DNA of 64,000 nt from Fimbriosthenelais zetlandica (Eukaryota), in the NCBI GenBank assembly GCA_977030845.1, contig OZ365110.1, forward strand, positions 52,204,001 through 52,268,000, in the 5' to 3' direction. Shown here in pieces: positions 23,861 to 35,600 of the stretch. Position numbers and translations under genes: made by a program. Under the pieces are notes generated by a model that saw only the letters and a program-made list of their open reading frames with translations, was not told where the DNA came from and did not search any database. Position 1 is the first letter of the stretch, and the number at the start of each line of letters is the position of its first letter.

Positions 23861-23970
23861 ACAAATTGGGCACATGCAATGGAAATTAGGCACATATAAT
23901 GGAAATTAGGCACTAGGAATGAAAATTAGGCACATGGAATGGGAACTAGACACATGGAATAGAAATTTGG
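23861..23970. repeat. Minisatellite, ~5.5 copies of a 20-bp unit (consensus GGAAATTAGGCACATGGAAT)
   Basis: Units are in register at 23861, 23881, 23901, 23921, 23941 and 23961. Confidence 0.9.
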
Positions 23971-24064
23971 GATGGGAGAACCACATAAATCAATTCAAAA
24001 AAACACTAGGCCTATTAGGCATAACTGCATTAATTTCTAGATATTTGATGTTCAAGAGACTTAC

Positions 24065-24643
24065 CTTTATGGTGGCCGCGGAACTTTTGTGTAGGTCTAA
24101 TGGCAGGTACAGGTCGTGGAGATGAGGATGACGTAGAAATGACGACCATATTATGTTGTGGGGTTGAGATGACGACTGGTTTCGGCGATGACGTAGCAGA
24201 GTTAGGTTGAGACACTGCACGAGTGGCGTGATGTGATTGGCTGCATGAAACGATGGGTGACGACGACCGAGACGACGTCAGAACCAGTGGTTTCTGACTT
24301 GCCGTCGGTCCACCACCGGAAGGAGTCTGTCTCTGTGGGGTAGAGGTCGCCACTGGTGCTGTCCTCTGCAACGTAGACGCTGCTGATGACGTAGAAGGCG
24401 GGGTATGTAACGACGTTGATGATTGGCGTGCTATGGAAGAGTCAGTTAGGGCAGGAGATTGACATTGATACGAGGAGGAAGCGGAAATGGAGGCCACAGT
24501 GGTGGTTTTGGCACAGATGTTGTTAGCACTGGTGACGGGAGGGTCACGTGTGGAGTGAAGGTCACCGCCGGGTGGCAGTGGCCCGCCCGGAAGTGGCTGA
24601 GGCGTCTGCTCAATGGTGGGCGTGCTGGCTGCTCGTACGGCAG
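24065..24643 (-). CDS. Internal coding exon (579 bp, phase 1->1) encoding a Ser/Thr/Pro-rich low-complexity region (AVRAASTPTIEQ...PTQKFRGHHK)
   Basis: Lies within the longest ORF in the window (218 aa). Bounded by acceptor ttttttttctgaatttttcag and donor AAAG|gtaagt, length a multiple of 3, and GC/CpG content well above the flanks. Protein identity not recognised. Confidence 0.8.
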
Positions 24644-24946
24644 CTGAAAAATTCAGAAAAAAAACAAACAAAAATAAGTCAGCCATTACTGATGATGCTC
24701 ACGGTGGTCAGGGTAGACAGTAATAAAGGCCAATTAGTCTGACAGGGAAAAGAGACAGGGGCAAGATTTGTGGCTCAACTTTTAAACTTTGGTGTCTGAC
24801 ACGCAGTCTTATAGCCTATTGACTTGTCTAGAGTAGAAGGATGTCTACTGACTCGGCCTACTACTTTGAAAGTAGCCTACCAGGATCTAGCATTATGGTA
24901 ACATCTACTAGTTAGGCCTATCTAGGCCTGGTTCCCCAGCAAACAG

Positions 24947-24976
24947 AGGGCCCATTTCAAAAAAATTAGGGGCCCT
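24947..24976. repeat. Collapsed hairpin remnant related to the 51444-51510 Harbinger-type mini-element
   Basis: AGGGCCCATTTCAAAAAAATTAGGGGCCCT shares the GGGCCCATTTCAAAA terminus. Confidence 0.4.
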
Positions 24977-25163
24977 AAAAAGAAATTATCTTCAAAATTG
25001 TACTACTGGTAGGCCTAAGTAGGCTAGGCCTAGCCTACATTTCATTTGTAGGTACATGTACATGATTGAGGCCTATACCTCAGTAGGCATCTAGGGTCGA
25101 GTCCGAGACCTTGGTGGGAGCAACCCCCTGGAATGGGGAACCCCGCCTTTCTCCGACACGTCA

Positions 25164-25205
25164 GACCATAGAACTGTAGCAAGCTACCGGTACAGTTCCA
25201 TGGTC
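25164..25205. repeat. 42-bp hairpin with 15-bp arms (GACCATAGAACTGTA / TACAGTTCCATGGTC)
   Basis: Arms have 1 mismatch and a 12-nt loop. Resembles small CCATAGA(A)CTGTA-type foldback elements. Confidence 0.7.
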
Positions 25206-25338
25206 AGACACACACGACGGTCAGATTTCAGTTCAGTCTGACTCTTATGCAGACAGAGTATCCATCTCTACCCACAGTATAGAGTACAGGACTGGTTATA
25301 CTGGCTAACTCTCAAGACTCAACATAACAGTCACTCAC

Positions 25339-25510
25339 ACGACAATTCAAATAATCTAGAATATTTAAAACCTACCAAATAGGACGCTATAGACTTTCTT
25401 CCTTTCAATAATTCCACGTTCATATTTAGTTGTGTAGAATAAATAGTCATTTCAAAGAGAAATAAAGTAGGCCTCCTTGGCTGACTGGCTGACCACTTGA
25501 AACTTCGCAT
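25339..25510 (-). CDS. Alternative candidate first exon for the 24065-24643 exon (MRSFKW...MNVELLKGRKSIASYLVGFKYSRLFELS, phase-1 end)
   Basis: In-frame ATGs at 25510 and 25423, strong donor T|gtgagt at 25338, phase matches the large exon. Adjacent to the promoter-like region. Confidence 0.25.
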
Positions 25511-26060
25511 GTTGCTCAGCAGCTCAGCAGCAAATTTAGCTCCCGATCAATCACATCTTTCATAATAAATATTTTAAATTGACAAGAATTCACTAATGAA
25601 CTTAAATTATTCAGAAATATTATTTTAACAAATCGATAAGGGAAATAAATAATAATCATATTCATTTTTAACCAATCACGATCTAGGATTGTATTTGTAC
25701 CGTGCCTATCAAAAATGGCGGTATCCGGGACGCTCCGAGACGAAGGCAAAGAGTGTAGGATAATACATAGTCGCGGAGTGCCGCCTCTTATTATCCTACA
25801 CTCGTTGACGAAGGTAGGATTACAGCTGGCCTACTATTTGATCTCATTCGTCCAGAATACGGAGTGTTTCTATGAAAATGTAACTGAATGGAAGGCTGGT
25901 CTATATATTAGACCTGTGTGTCGTCTCTAGTCCGTGGCTGACGCTGGTACCGTTGACAGGTCTGAGGAGCAGACGTAAGCGGGCCCACGTGGACGTCGTG
26001 GACGTGGTCGTGCTCTCCACCCACACCTCCAACTTCGCCCAAGTTTTACCGGTAGGTCCC
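25500..26060. promoter_or_regulatory. CpG-rich promoter-like region, possibly bidirectional
   Basis: Locally high CpG density. ACCAATCAC (NF-Y type) at 25671-25679, AAAAATGGCGG (YY1 type) at 25711-25721 and CACGTG at 25986-25991. Candidate donors on both strands nearby. Confidence 0.45.
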
Positions 26061-26143
26061 TATCTCTTTTTTCATGATTTCATTAGATTAGACCAAAGTA
26101 ATGTCTATTGTACTTTACGGGCCTTTATACTTTCCATTTACAG

Positions 26144-26173
26144 TGAATAATTTACTTACTAAAGATCGAACAA
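26144..26173 (+). other. Candidate 30-bp micro-exon (UTR or coding) of a plus-strand transcript
   Basis: Acceptor tatactttccatttacag and donor CAA|gtaagc. Confidence 0.3.
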
Positions 26174-27466
26174 GTAAGCGTAGGCCTACACCTAGTCTCT
26201 GTCTCTGGCATCCATTTCATAGGCCTAGCCTATAGGGCCTATAAGCCGGGAGAAGGTATAGGCCTAGGCCTATATCTATAGGCCAAATAGCCCGAAGGCT
26301 AGGTCCATTTTATAGGTCCCTACATGAATTATGGAGAACTAGGAACTCTACAGTGGTTCAGCTATGTTACGACAGATGGCGTGAGAGATCCATTGCTTCT
26401 GCTCTTTATGGGAAGCCTTTTGTAACCGTTATGAACCTGCATGCATGTACGAATGAAAGCATATCAGTTCTTTTGTCAAGAAGTTCGTTTGATATTAGAC
26501 TACCGGTACTGTACCCGTAGCCTATAATTAAGATTTCTATGAAAAGTTTCCGGGGTGGGGGCTGGATCTGCCACTGAAAGGCATAAGGATCATCAGTGGC
26601 TTGTTAGTAGTATATGGAAATGGCATATGGAGGTTTAAACGTATGTGTGTAGTATAAGGAAATAGGAAGTATAATGCGGCAAGACCCTGGCCCATCTGAA
26701 GGTACGAAAAACTACTTTGTCATCTAGTTGTCTCCAGAATAATCCAATTTAAAAACAATTTTTTTAAATTTAAATTATACTGAATATTTCTACATGGTAG
26801 TGTAGGTTTTCATCAATTCAATGTCCCTATACTATAGGCCTAATAGGCCTAGCCCTAGGCTATGCCTATACAAGATATAGAACAACAAAAGAAACCCAAA
26901 CCAAGGCCTTAATATTTATTAGGTCTGAACGAGACTTAATCCACTGATTAAGTTGGATAGCCATGTAAAGGAGATGTGAATTTAAAAAAATAACTAGTAT
27001 TAAAACAGTATCTCCCCAATGCCCTCCATGCAATTCATTATCACATAGGCGCGAGTCGCGGCCATTTTTCAGCCAGCCTCGTGTGGCTAGCATGCACCAC
27101 GTCTAAATGTCTCGTGAAGATATGAGAGTTATAACTTGGGTAAATAGCGTGGACGTGGGAGAAAGCAGCCCTGTGTTCCCTCTCCCGTGAGAAATCGGGT
27201 TTTGTTTGCCCTGACTGGGTGGGGACTCTCACTCAGTGATGGTGGATCCAGACAGGGAATGGTGAAAAATTGTCCGAGGGGGCTCGGGGGGGCTAGAGGG
27301 GGCAGTTCAAAACCCCCAAGGTTGATTTTGAGTTACAAACATTTTTGTTTTGTTTTGAGTTTTAAAAATGTGGTAATTTCCTTTATGTCATCCAAAGGTA
27401 CTTTTTCTGACTGAAAAGCTCGATCTCTTATGGCATTCCAATTTAACTTGCCTTAGTTTTACATAC

Positions 27467-27505
27467 CTTGGGTTGTCACATGGTTCACAGTGATTATCAT
27501 ACAAA
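27467..27505 (-). CDS. Candidate exon 3 (39 bp, phase 1->1) VCMIITVNHVTTQ
   Basis: Acceptor tttgttccatag and donor AAG|gtatgt. Links exon 28919-29013 to exon 24065-24643 in frame. Confidence 0.35.
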
Positions 27506-28918
27506 CTATGGAACAAATTAGGCCCTATTAACATTAGCCAAAACCAAGGAACCAGGACCAAAAGAAGTATTTAAAAATATAGATTATATCAGCATATTGT
27601 TCAAAGATATAACCCAATATTCCAGAGTACTGTCACCCCCCTCCGCTTCCCGCCACCCCTCCTATCCAAATTCTCCTTTCCCGTGCCAAAACCCAGCACG
27701 GTCAACGACAGTGAGTGACAGGCGGTAGAGTGGAGGTGGAAGGGGGAACAAAACCCTCCTGGGAGACCAGCCTCTGACACCATGCTTGACTCAGTCCCTG
27801 TCATCATATTTCCATTAGCTTTAAGTTCCACTCATATGTGAGAGGGGTTGGAATTAGAGTGGGCTCCTGCTTGAAATGATGTGGGATGTTGTAGGCTAGG
27901 AGGCCTTCCACCTAGTGCATGGCTGTTTTGTTGATTGGATGTCTGGGAGTAAATGTGATAATTGGAGCTTAAGGTTGCTCTGATGATTAGCGGGCCTGCA
28001 TAGAGATTCAAGCATGGATGAACTATAATATCCAATCTTAAGCGTTTACCATAATGTCACTTTTTCATTATGTAACTTGGATCAGGACTTATAAATACAT
28101 TTGCTATGGCACTACAGCTGTAAAAACTGTTATCAAAAAGCTGTGACAACATTATTAGTCTGAAGCCAGGATTCAATTTATCCACTGAGTTTTGATTAAA
28201 AAGCAAGCTAAATATTTATAGAATAAGAAAAACATTTAGATATATTGTACACAATTATCCGAATTTGATTTTGATCTTTGATTGTGAATTGAATTATTTC
28301 CGAAGTTAATTTATTTATCCTTTGAGACATTTTATGAAGTCCATTCATGTATGTGTATCGTATGTCATCTAAGCATATACATCGGTAGACAGGGATATGG
28401 AGTTATCTATTTATAAAAATATTTATGATAGTCCCCTTATTGGAGCCTAGTTTCCCAGGGCTTTAGGGACCAATTTAATACTCCTCAGAATGAAAGATAA
28501 AAACTGACCAAGTCATGATGGATTAGGTTACTGTTCCCATTATGCTTAAAAATAGGAGTTATAAAAGCAGGCTTATTTAACCAGTGTTTCTAGGTCTTGT
28601 CTGTTCTTCAAACAATTCAACAGCTGCAGTTACAGGGCATTTGCTTTATTTTAGACTGAAAGCTACTACATATTAACTTGTCTCAATTTTCAAACTGGAA
28701 GTAATTTTGACCTGTCACTTATATTATTAGTAGCATTATATTAGTATTTAATAGGAATAAAAATACTTTTTTCTATTAAATATTTTGCAATTCGTTCAAG
28801 AAAAGAAAAATTGGAAGTAATCTTGATAAAGGTAAAAAAAAGTCGATTGGATTAACAGTTGATCCCCTACCCAATACCCCTCTCATCCATCCTACCACCC
28901 TCTGACACACTCACTCAC

Positions 28919-29013
28919 CCTTACTGAACCCTCCTTCCATCAATACTGGCCCATGAAATGTGGCAAATTGGTGGAATGCTCCTTCCCAGAGAGATTCAAG
29001 ACGTTGGCTAAAT
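28919..29013 (-). CDS. Candidate exon 2 (phase 2->1) FSQRLESLWEGAFHQFATFHGPVLMEGGFSK
   Basis: Acceptor atttgctatag and donor AAGG|gtgagt. In frame with the upstream ATG exon across a 103-bp intron. Confidence 0.45.
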
Positions 29014-29116
29014 CTATAGCAAATATTATACAGGAGTTTATGACTTCCATGTGCACTTTCATCTTCTTTCATCTCCAGACCCCGTAGAAACCATTTTGAG
29101 AATATTTTAAACATAC

Positions 29117-29151
29117 CGGTATTGTGATAATTTCGGTTGAAATTTACTCAT
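29117..29151 (-). CDS. Candidate first coding exon MSKFQPKLSQY(R)
   Basis: ATG has A at -3 and an in-frame TAA two codons upstream; donor CCG|gtatgt. Confidence 0.4.
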
Positions 29152-32100
29152 TATTTATATTCGGCATTTCAATGTCTCAGCAGGGTTCTGTTTCATTTAT
29201 AAACAATCAATTAGGCTATACCTTGTTATTATAAAATGGGCCTCAGACACTGAACAGAACAGTTAGAAAACGATACCAAAGAAAACTCAAAAACAAAATA
29301 AGTACAATAGCCTGTAACTCTCACATCATTCCCCAATACTGGGCTCTTGTATAAAGATAATAGAAATGAGTGCTAAAAGGAGAATATGGTTCTTATTTTG
29401 ACCTATATATCTTTCAGCTTGAGGCCTGTTTGATTTTCTCCCTGGGCTCTCATGTTAGAAGAAGCACGTTCCCCAGTCGTTCATAAAGGCCTATGTTGTT
29501 CCTTTGATCTCTTTTCACCATATCCCGTCAGAAAATACCCCAGATGGGATATCATAGTTTCACAGTACATGAGCCTATCAATCCTGGTCCTTCTATTATT
29601 ACACAAAGGGTCAGGGTTAATTCTGGGGAAATGAAAGTATTGTAGGCCTAATGGGTTTTGCTTTAATTATTCCTAAGAAATGCGTTAGAAAGGCCTGGTT
29701 GTAGTTGTCTGCTCGACTCTATAAATTGCCTGAAATGTTATGCATCTAGAAATGCCATTGAGGAGGTCAGTCATTTATCTATTCTTGTCTGGATGGAACT
29801 CGTTTGCCTTTTCTTTGCAATTCAATACTGATTTAAGTTATTATTTTCTGATATCTGGTATGCCTAAAAATGTGCAGCTGGATTTTTGGAAATGTCATGG
29901 TGAGACACTTTAGTTTTTGAGTTTGCCTGGGTCAAAAATCGGCATTCGTGGTTTCATTTTCATCATAACATCTTTTCACCTGTTTCTCAGGACATTGCAG
30001 TTGGAAAAGTTCATGTTTTAAATTAAATTCTGTCTTTAATACGAAAACACAACCATTTCCACGGTAACCTAATATCTCCCCTATCATATTCCCTAATTAC
30101 ATCTGCTACCTAATGAGAAATTATGGAAAAACTGTAAAATTCCATATAAAAATTAAAACGATGTCAAGTGTTTTAATGTACGTTAGTTTTAATATCCCAT
30201 TGATTGATAAATATTGCTTCACTACAAGAAGTTGACAGTGAATCCTCCTCAATGTTTTATGAGTATATAATCTTATCATGCAATGTAGTTGTCCGAACAT
30301 GGCCATTCCCATGTAAATGTTCATATCCTTACTGCATATATTCACCATAAGTACAGGATGTTGGTAAAATGACTATTCCATGGGTAACTAGATTCAAAAA
30401 TCGGTTTTTATTATCATTCGATGTAAGAATTGCATTCTACGATGTAATGTGATGTATTTGCGATATAAAATCAAATTGACTTCGCGATTTTTGCGATACA
30501 TGTTATTATCTCCATTCTTCTGGTGGCAAAAGACAAATTGACAAAAGACAAAATCAACTTGCACAGCAAAAATTGCTATGTTAAGTATGCATACCCTTGT
30601 TCAAACTTATTTTGCCCAAGAGAAATGATAAGTGCCGGGAAATATGATTGTTAAGTTAATGTGGTAGAGACGAACAAGTAGAACAAGTTATAACCAATAT
30701 ATAAAATCCTCTTGTCAGATTGAGTTCCCATCAGATACAGAGCTGGTCACAATATATTTTCTAAAGATGCAAGAAGAAGCGTTAAGGGACCAGAAAAACA
30801 ACCGCGAGAGCTCTCTACATTTTCTTAGCAGATGACAGTCTGATATTAATTTTGTCTGACGACAATGCTCATTTGCCGCTCTGGAATTAGTGGCGCACAG
30901 TTTTAATTGGATTGCCAGGTTTTTAATTACAGCATCTGAGAATTTAAAGGAAAAACGAGGGGAGAGAGTCGGGTGATTACAAGGCGTTTATGGTGGATCC
31001 CACTTCTTAAGCTCTCTTTTTCACAAAAATGTAAATGGCCTCTTCCTTGTTCCTTGATGGAGACTTGTGTAGTATTGTTTGTACTGAACGTAGGGCTGGA
31101 TGACAGGGAATTAAAATCTTGCACCAATTTTTAGCCATAGCTTTAACACTAAAGTGATCGTTAAGACTCCTGCTTTAATAAAGGCCCTTTTATATGTAAT
31201 ACAAAAAAACAAGGAAAATGATAATCCTATTACACATCAGATATTACCTTACTACCTTAGAAACTTTAACCACGAGACCTTAAGGCTTATTAAACATTTT
31301 ATAAGTGAAAGAGATACATTGCCCTTTTAGAATATCCCATCATCTGTAGCAAACGCCTAAAAAGGCTAAAGGTAAAACTTTAAAGATATTTGATCATGTG
31401 TTATCCAGGAGAGATGGATAGAAGGAGAAGAAACGATTGCAGCGAGTTGACATTTTAATGGGGGAGAATATTAGCACACACACAACATTTTCCCACTACT
31501 AATAATCCCCGCGGCCATTACATGATATGCTGAGCCCTCTCCCACGAGCGCCAGTCAGCAAATTAACACCTTGTAAATGGATTTTTTCTTTCTAAATCCC
31601 CGTCTCTTCCCTCCCTCCCTCCATTCATTCCTCCTTCTCCTCCCTCACCCGTTTTCTCTCCACTCTCTCACGACTAAAGCTCTTGAATGTCTCGAGGACG
31701 GTTTTGAATGCAAGACAGGTAGAAGAGTACTTTGCTCGCTCAATTTCCATAAAAACACTTTTTGAAAAACAACAATGAAGGGAATCCCCAGGGCCCTACT
31801 TATAAATCATGCACTTAGGTATCCACATCATTCATTTATTAGCCGGATATGAGTTTCTCGATTTCTTCATTTAAATTTGTGTTGGTCAGCACTTGGCTTA
31901 ATTGTTTCCAAGCCAGTTGTACCTTGACCAAAGATGTATTGCTTAAAATACCACTATTGTTAAGATGGACATTGTGAATGGCGTCCACCTTCCCTTCAAT
32001 TCATTCTTCATTTCGCTTCCATCCATCTTTCCTTCCTTCCTTCCATTTTCCGTCCTCCCACATAGCTTCATATAATGAATTGATAAGCTGTCCATAAACA

Positions 32101-32582
32101 CTATATGGACCAGTAGGCTCCTTTTTCCTCAGCGTGCAATATGTATTTAAATCGTTAATGTTCTATCATGTCTCCTGTTGTGGCCTGGCACATGCAGTCT
32201 AAAGAACTACATTCCTGGCCAAGACCGGGACTTTTAGCTAAGAGAGTGTGCCAAAAGTCACTGTTAGCTGTAACAAGTTGGGTGTGGCACGAAACAGAAT
32301 CACAAACTGAGATTCTGACGTTTAGACATTATTTTAGCAAATATCTACACTTTTTTTCAGGCCCCACTATTGTGGCCATAACTGAGAGTATCAGTGCGTC
32401 TCCCGATCTTTGGGAATGATATCTAAGTAAGCTACTCAGATAACCTTTTAGTTTGTGTATTTAAGTAGTGTAACTGATAGCCTACTTAACTAAATAATTC
32501 CCTTTGATAACTGAATTCAGTGTTAGCATATAGATCTCCTAATGCTCGTCTCTGTACTAATGCCATTGTTCTGTCCTTTCAG

Positions 32583-32659
32583 CTAAAATGGACCATAATC
32601 CTTGAGTTAGGAAGACGGGGAATTGATCTAGGAAGTGGAAGGGCGGTGTACATAGCAAT
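32583..32659 (+). CDS. Candidate exon (phase 0->2) LKWTIILELGRRGIDLGSGRAVYIA
   Basis: Acceptor ttgttctgtcctttcag and donor AAT|gtaagt; only one frame open. Could be non-coding. Confidence 0.3.
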
Positions 32660-35600
32660 GTAAGTATTCCCGTCTAATTCATAATTAAATATATCTGTGG
32701 CCAGAGTGAATTAACTAGTGGGTTTTCAAGTACACGACCCTTTCAGCCATTCACTAATTAAAATACTCTCATTCAAGCTGGCACCTCCATGTGCTAATTC
32801 CTTCAAGTAGATTTAAAGTCAAAAAGTCCTACACATGTGAAAAGGTAAATTGTTAAGGAAATACATGAGAATTTACATGTCTAGAAAACAAAGCTTGTCT
32901 AAGTCTCTCTACGCCTGTGGGACCCCACTGACAAGCACCTTTGCTGGTGATAATAATTTTGCTGGGCTGGCTGGTCTAAATGGCATGTTAGAAACAGACG
33001 TCGGGCTATTCATCCCAGGGGGATAGATGGCCAGCTGGTTCGGTTAGCGGCACAGACACCGGTGGCAAGCCACGGATCAATATCAGTGATCTCCATGAGG
33101 CTTCTTAACACTGGGGGGAGGCCAATATTGTGACATTGTGGGCATGTCACTCACACCCAAGGCTTATTTCCCTTCAACTTTCCATGGCCTATATATATCT
33201 AAAGCTTATACTGATCCTATTCCTTATATGTGATGCACTTACTATTGGCCTCAAGAAGAAAGCCTTTCTTCTTGGAATTAATTTCCCTATTTTGCTACAA
33301 CTGTGCCTGTTTTTCTCATATATCAGCAGCTAACAATCCTCTTAAAGAATTTTAACGAAGTTGGGCTGACATTTTTTTTTTTCATCCTTCTTAGTTCATT
33401 GTGATTTAATACTTTAAGAAAATCATGGCATTTTATTTGTAACAGTATTTTTCAGGTATTCTCAACCATAGATCATTTTACTGTAAACCACCACATTGAT
33501 TTTCCACTAATTTTTGTATAGATTTTTTTCGGATGCGTGTTTTTTTTTTACAGTGTACAGTGTTAGATATCATGTTTCAAAGGGCCATGTTATTATTGGA
33601 TACTGTCCAGAGACTATAGGCTCACCCACGTGTAACCAATCAAGCGTGGAAATCACAATTGGTAACATGATGGAATGATTGATGCTAGCCAGTCCATGAT
33701 TACCATTATCAAGGTATTACCCTGCGCCTCCCACTACCCTAGTCTACCACTCACTAAACCGCCATTGATTATACAGCAGGGCCTGCTGAAAAAACCTCTT
33801 AAGGCCATATGTTCCCTTCCCAACTTATATCGCCGAAATGATGCTGAAAAAATAATGTCAAGTCCTTAAAAAGATGATGCATAAAAAGATGTATACTACA
33901 TATAAAATAGTAATATATTAGGCAAAAAGACACCATCTATAAATTTAATTATCTTTTTATGTAAATGGGTTCTTTAAGATTGAATTTTAAGGCGCATGAG
34001 AGGGAATTTATTAGCCATACGGCCATGTTTCAGATTATTCTATTACTTTTAATTTTATGAATCAAGTAGGCGTATATGTATTTTTCTGTGATGTCTTTCT
34101 AGCTCGTTTTGCAGTGGACATGTACAAAATATGAAGCATTTATTCATGTGTCCTTGTCTCATATCAATACCATTTATCAAGTGCATTCACACATGCATAT
34201 GTCATGTATTACAAGACAGGAAGCTCGTTAATATAATAAATCCCCAGGGTGGGAATATCCATACCTGAAATCAGTTACACTAATACCTAGACCCTTGTGT
34301 TAATTGCTAGTTAATCAATCACCTGCAGAATGCTCATTTATTATACTAAATTCCTTGTAGTTCTAGCCTTAGTAGTTTCACATTTTTCTACCCATATAAC
34401 CATGTTATTATTGCAATGGAAGTGTTTTTCCTCGCAATGTAAGGAAATGGGGACTAAGGTGAATACGGGAAACGGTTAATAATTTATTCTATGGTTCCAT
34501 TATCCTTCCAGCCTGTCTACAGAAGGCATTTATCTTTAAGACCTTCACGCATTAAAAATGTACTACAGTCCCTGAAAATCCCCGGAAAAGTGATATTGTG
34601 GATGTGAAATGTGTTTAGGAAGCTTGGCGAAGGAAATAAGTCCTGTATGCTGTTAAGCTGTTATTGTGTCCTGCTCACAATATTGCCTACCATTTATTAA
34701 CTAAAATTATCCTTCCTTTTGCATATATAATAGGATTACCCATTCATATCATTACCAATCAATCACTTATCCAATCAGTTATCACTAATTAATAATGGTA
34801 ATTAATAGACCCAAAAAATATCAAATACCTTTGCTAAGACCATCTGTTCTGGAAATCAGCTTTTAAAGCTTCCATGCCGTCTCCACTTCTCCCCTGCAAA
34901 AGAATTCTTCATTCATTCTTTAAATAACCCTGGTGCGATCACAGGCCCGTATTTCATCTGCCTGAAAAAACCACTGAAGCTCATTTTCCTGTGCACGTGG
35001 GAGAAGAAGCAGGAGTTTTCACTTCTTTTAGAGATGCAGTAGGAAGTCTTTGGTCATCGATTGATCAGACTGTGAAAGGAATGGTGGGCCAGGTTTACCC
35101 AAGCAGTGTCCAGATCCTAACATAACACGGATAATGTTTCTGTTTTACATCAGCCTCAGTTCCTCTGAGCAAGATGAAATTATGGCGAGCCATTTGATGC
35201 CCAATTTCTCCCCAAGTAAAAATTAATTCAGCTTCACGGGGTTGGTTGGGTAAGCTATATGAGATTTTCATATGAATTTCGTCTCTGAGGAGTCCAAAAG
35301 TTCAGCCATATTTCCCCCATTCATTTATAATTATGAAACACACAGTGGCTGACGCCATACTGTATGGCAATTGAGACGATCTAGTTCTATAACAATCTGT
35401 AGCATCAAATGACTGTTTAGAATGGAAGATGAATACAGACAGATGAAAATGTCTGTACGTCTGACACTATACTGGTTGCTGGGCACGTCGCACCAATTCA
35501 TTATAGCCGAGTGTCTGTATTATTTAGCTGAGATAGTTTATGATCAATCATGCCCAGAATAAATTAAGGTTATTTTATGATTGAGAGCAAGCCTTATTTC

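Noticed and set aside
23861-23970. Regularly spaced repeats considered as a CRISPR-like array
   Set aside because: Contiguous 20-bp tandem units with no unique spacers, and no cas genes in a eukaryotic context.
34945-35092. Protein-like frame PVFHLPEKTTEAHFPVHVGEEAGVFTSFRDAVGSLWSSIDQTVKGMVGQ
   Set aside because: Weak acceptor and donor, no recognised homology, and length within chance expectation.
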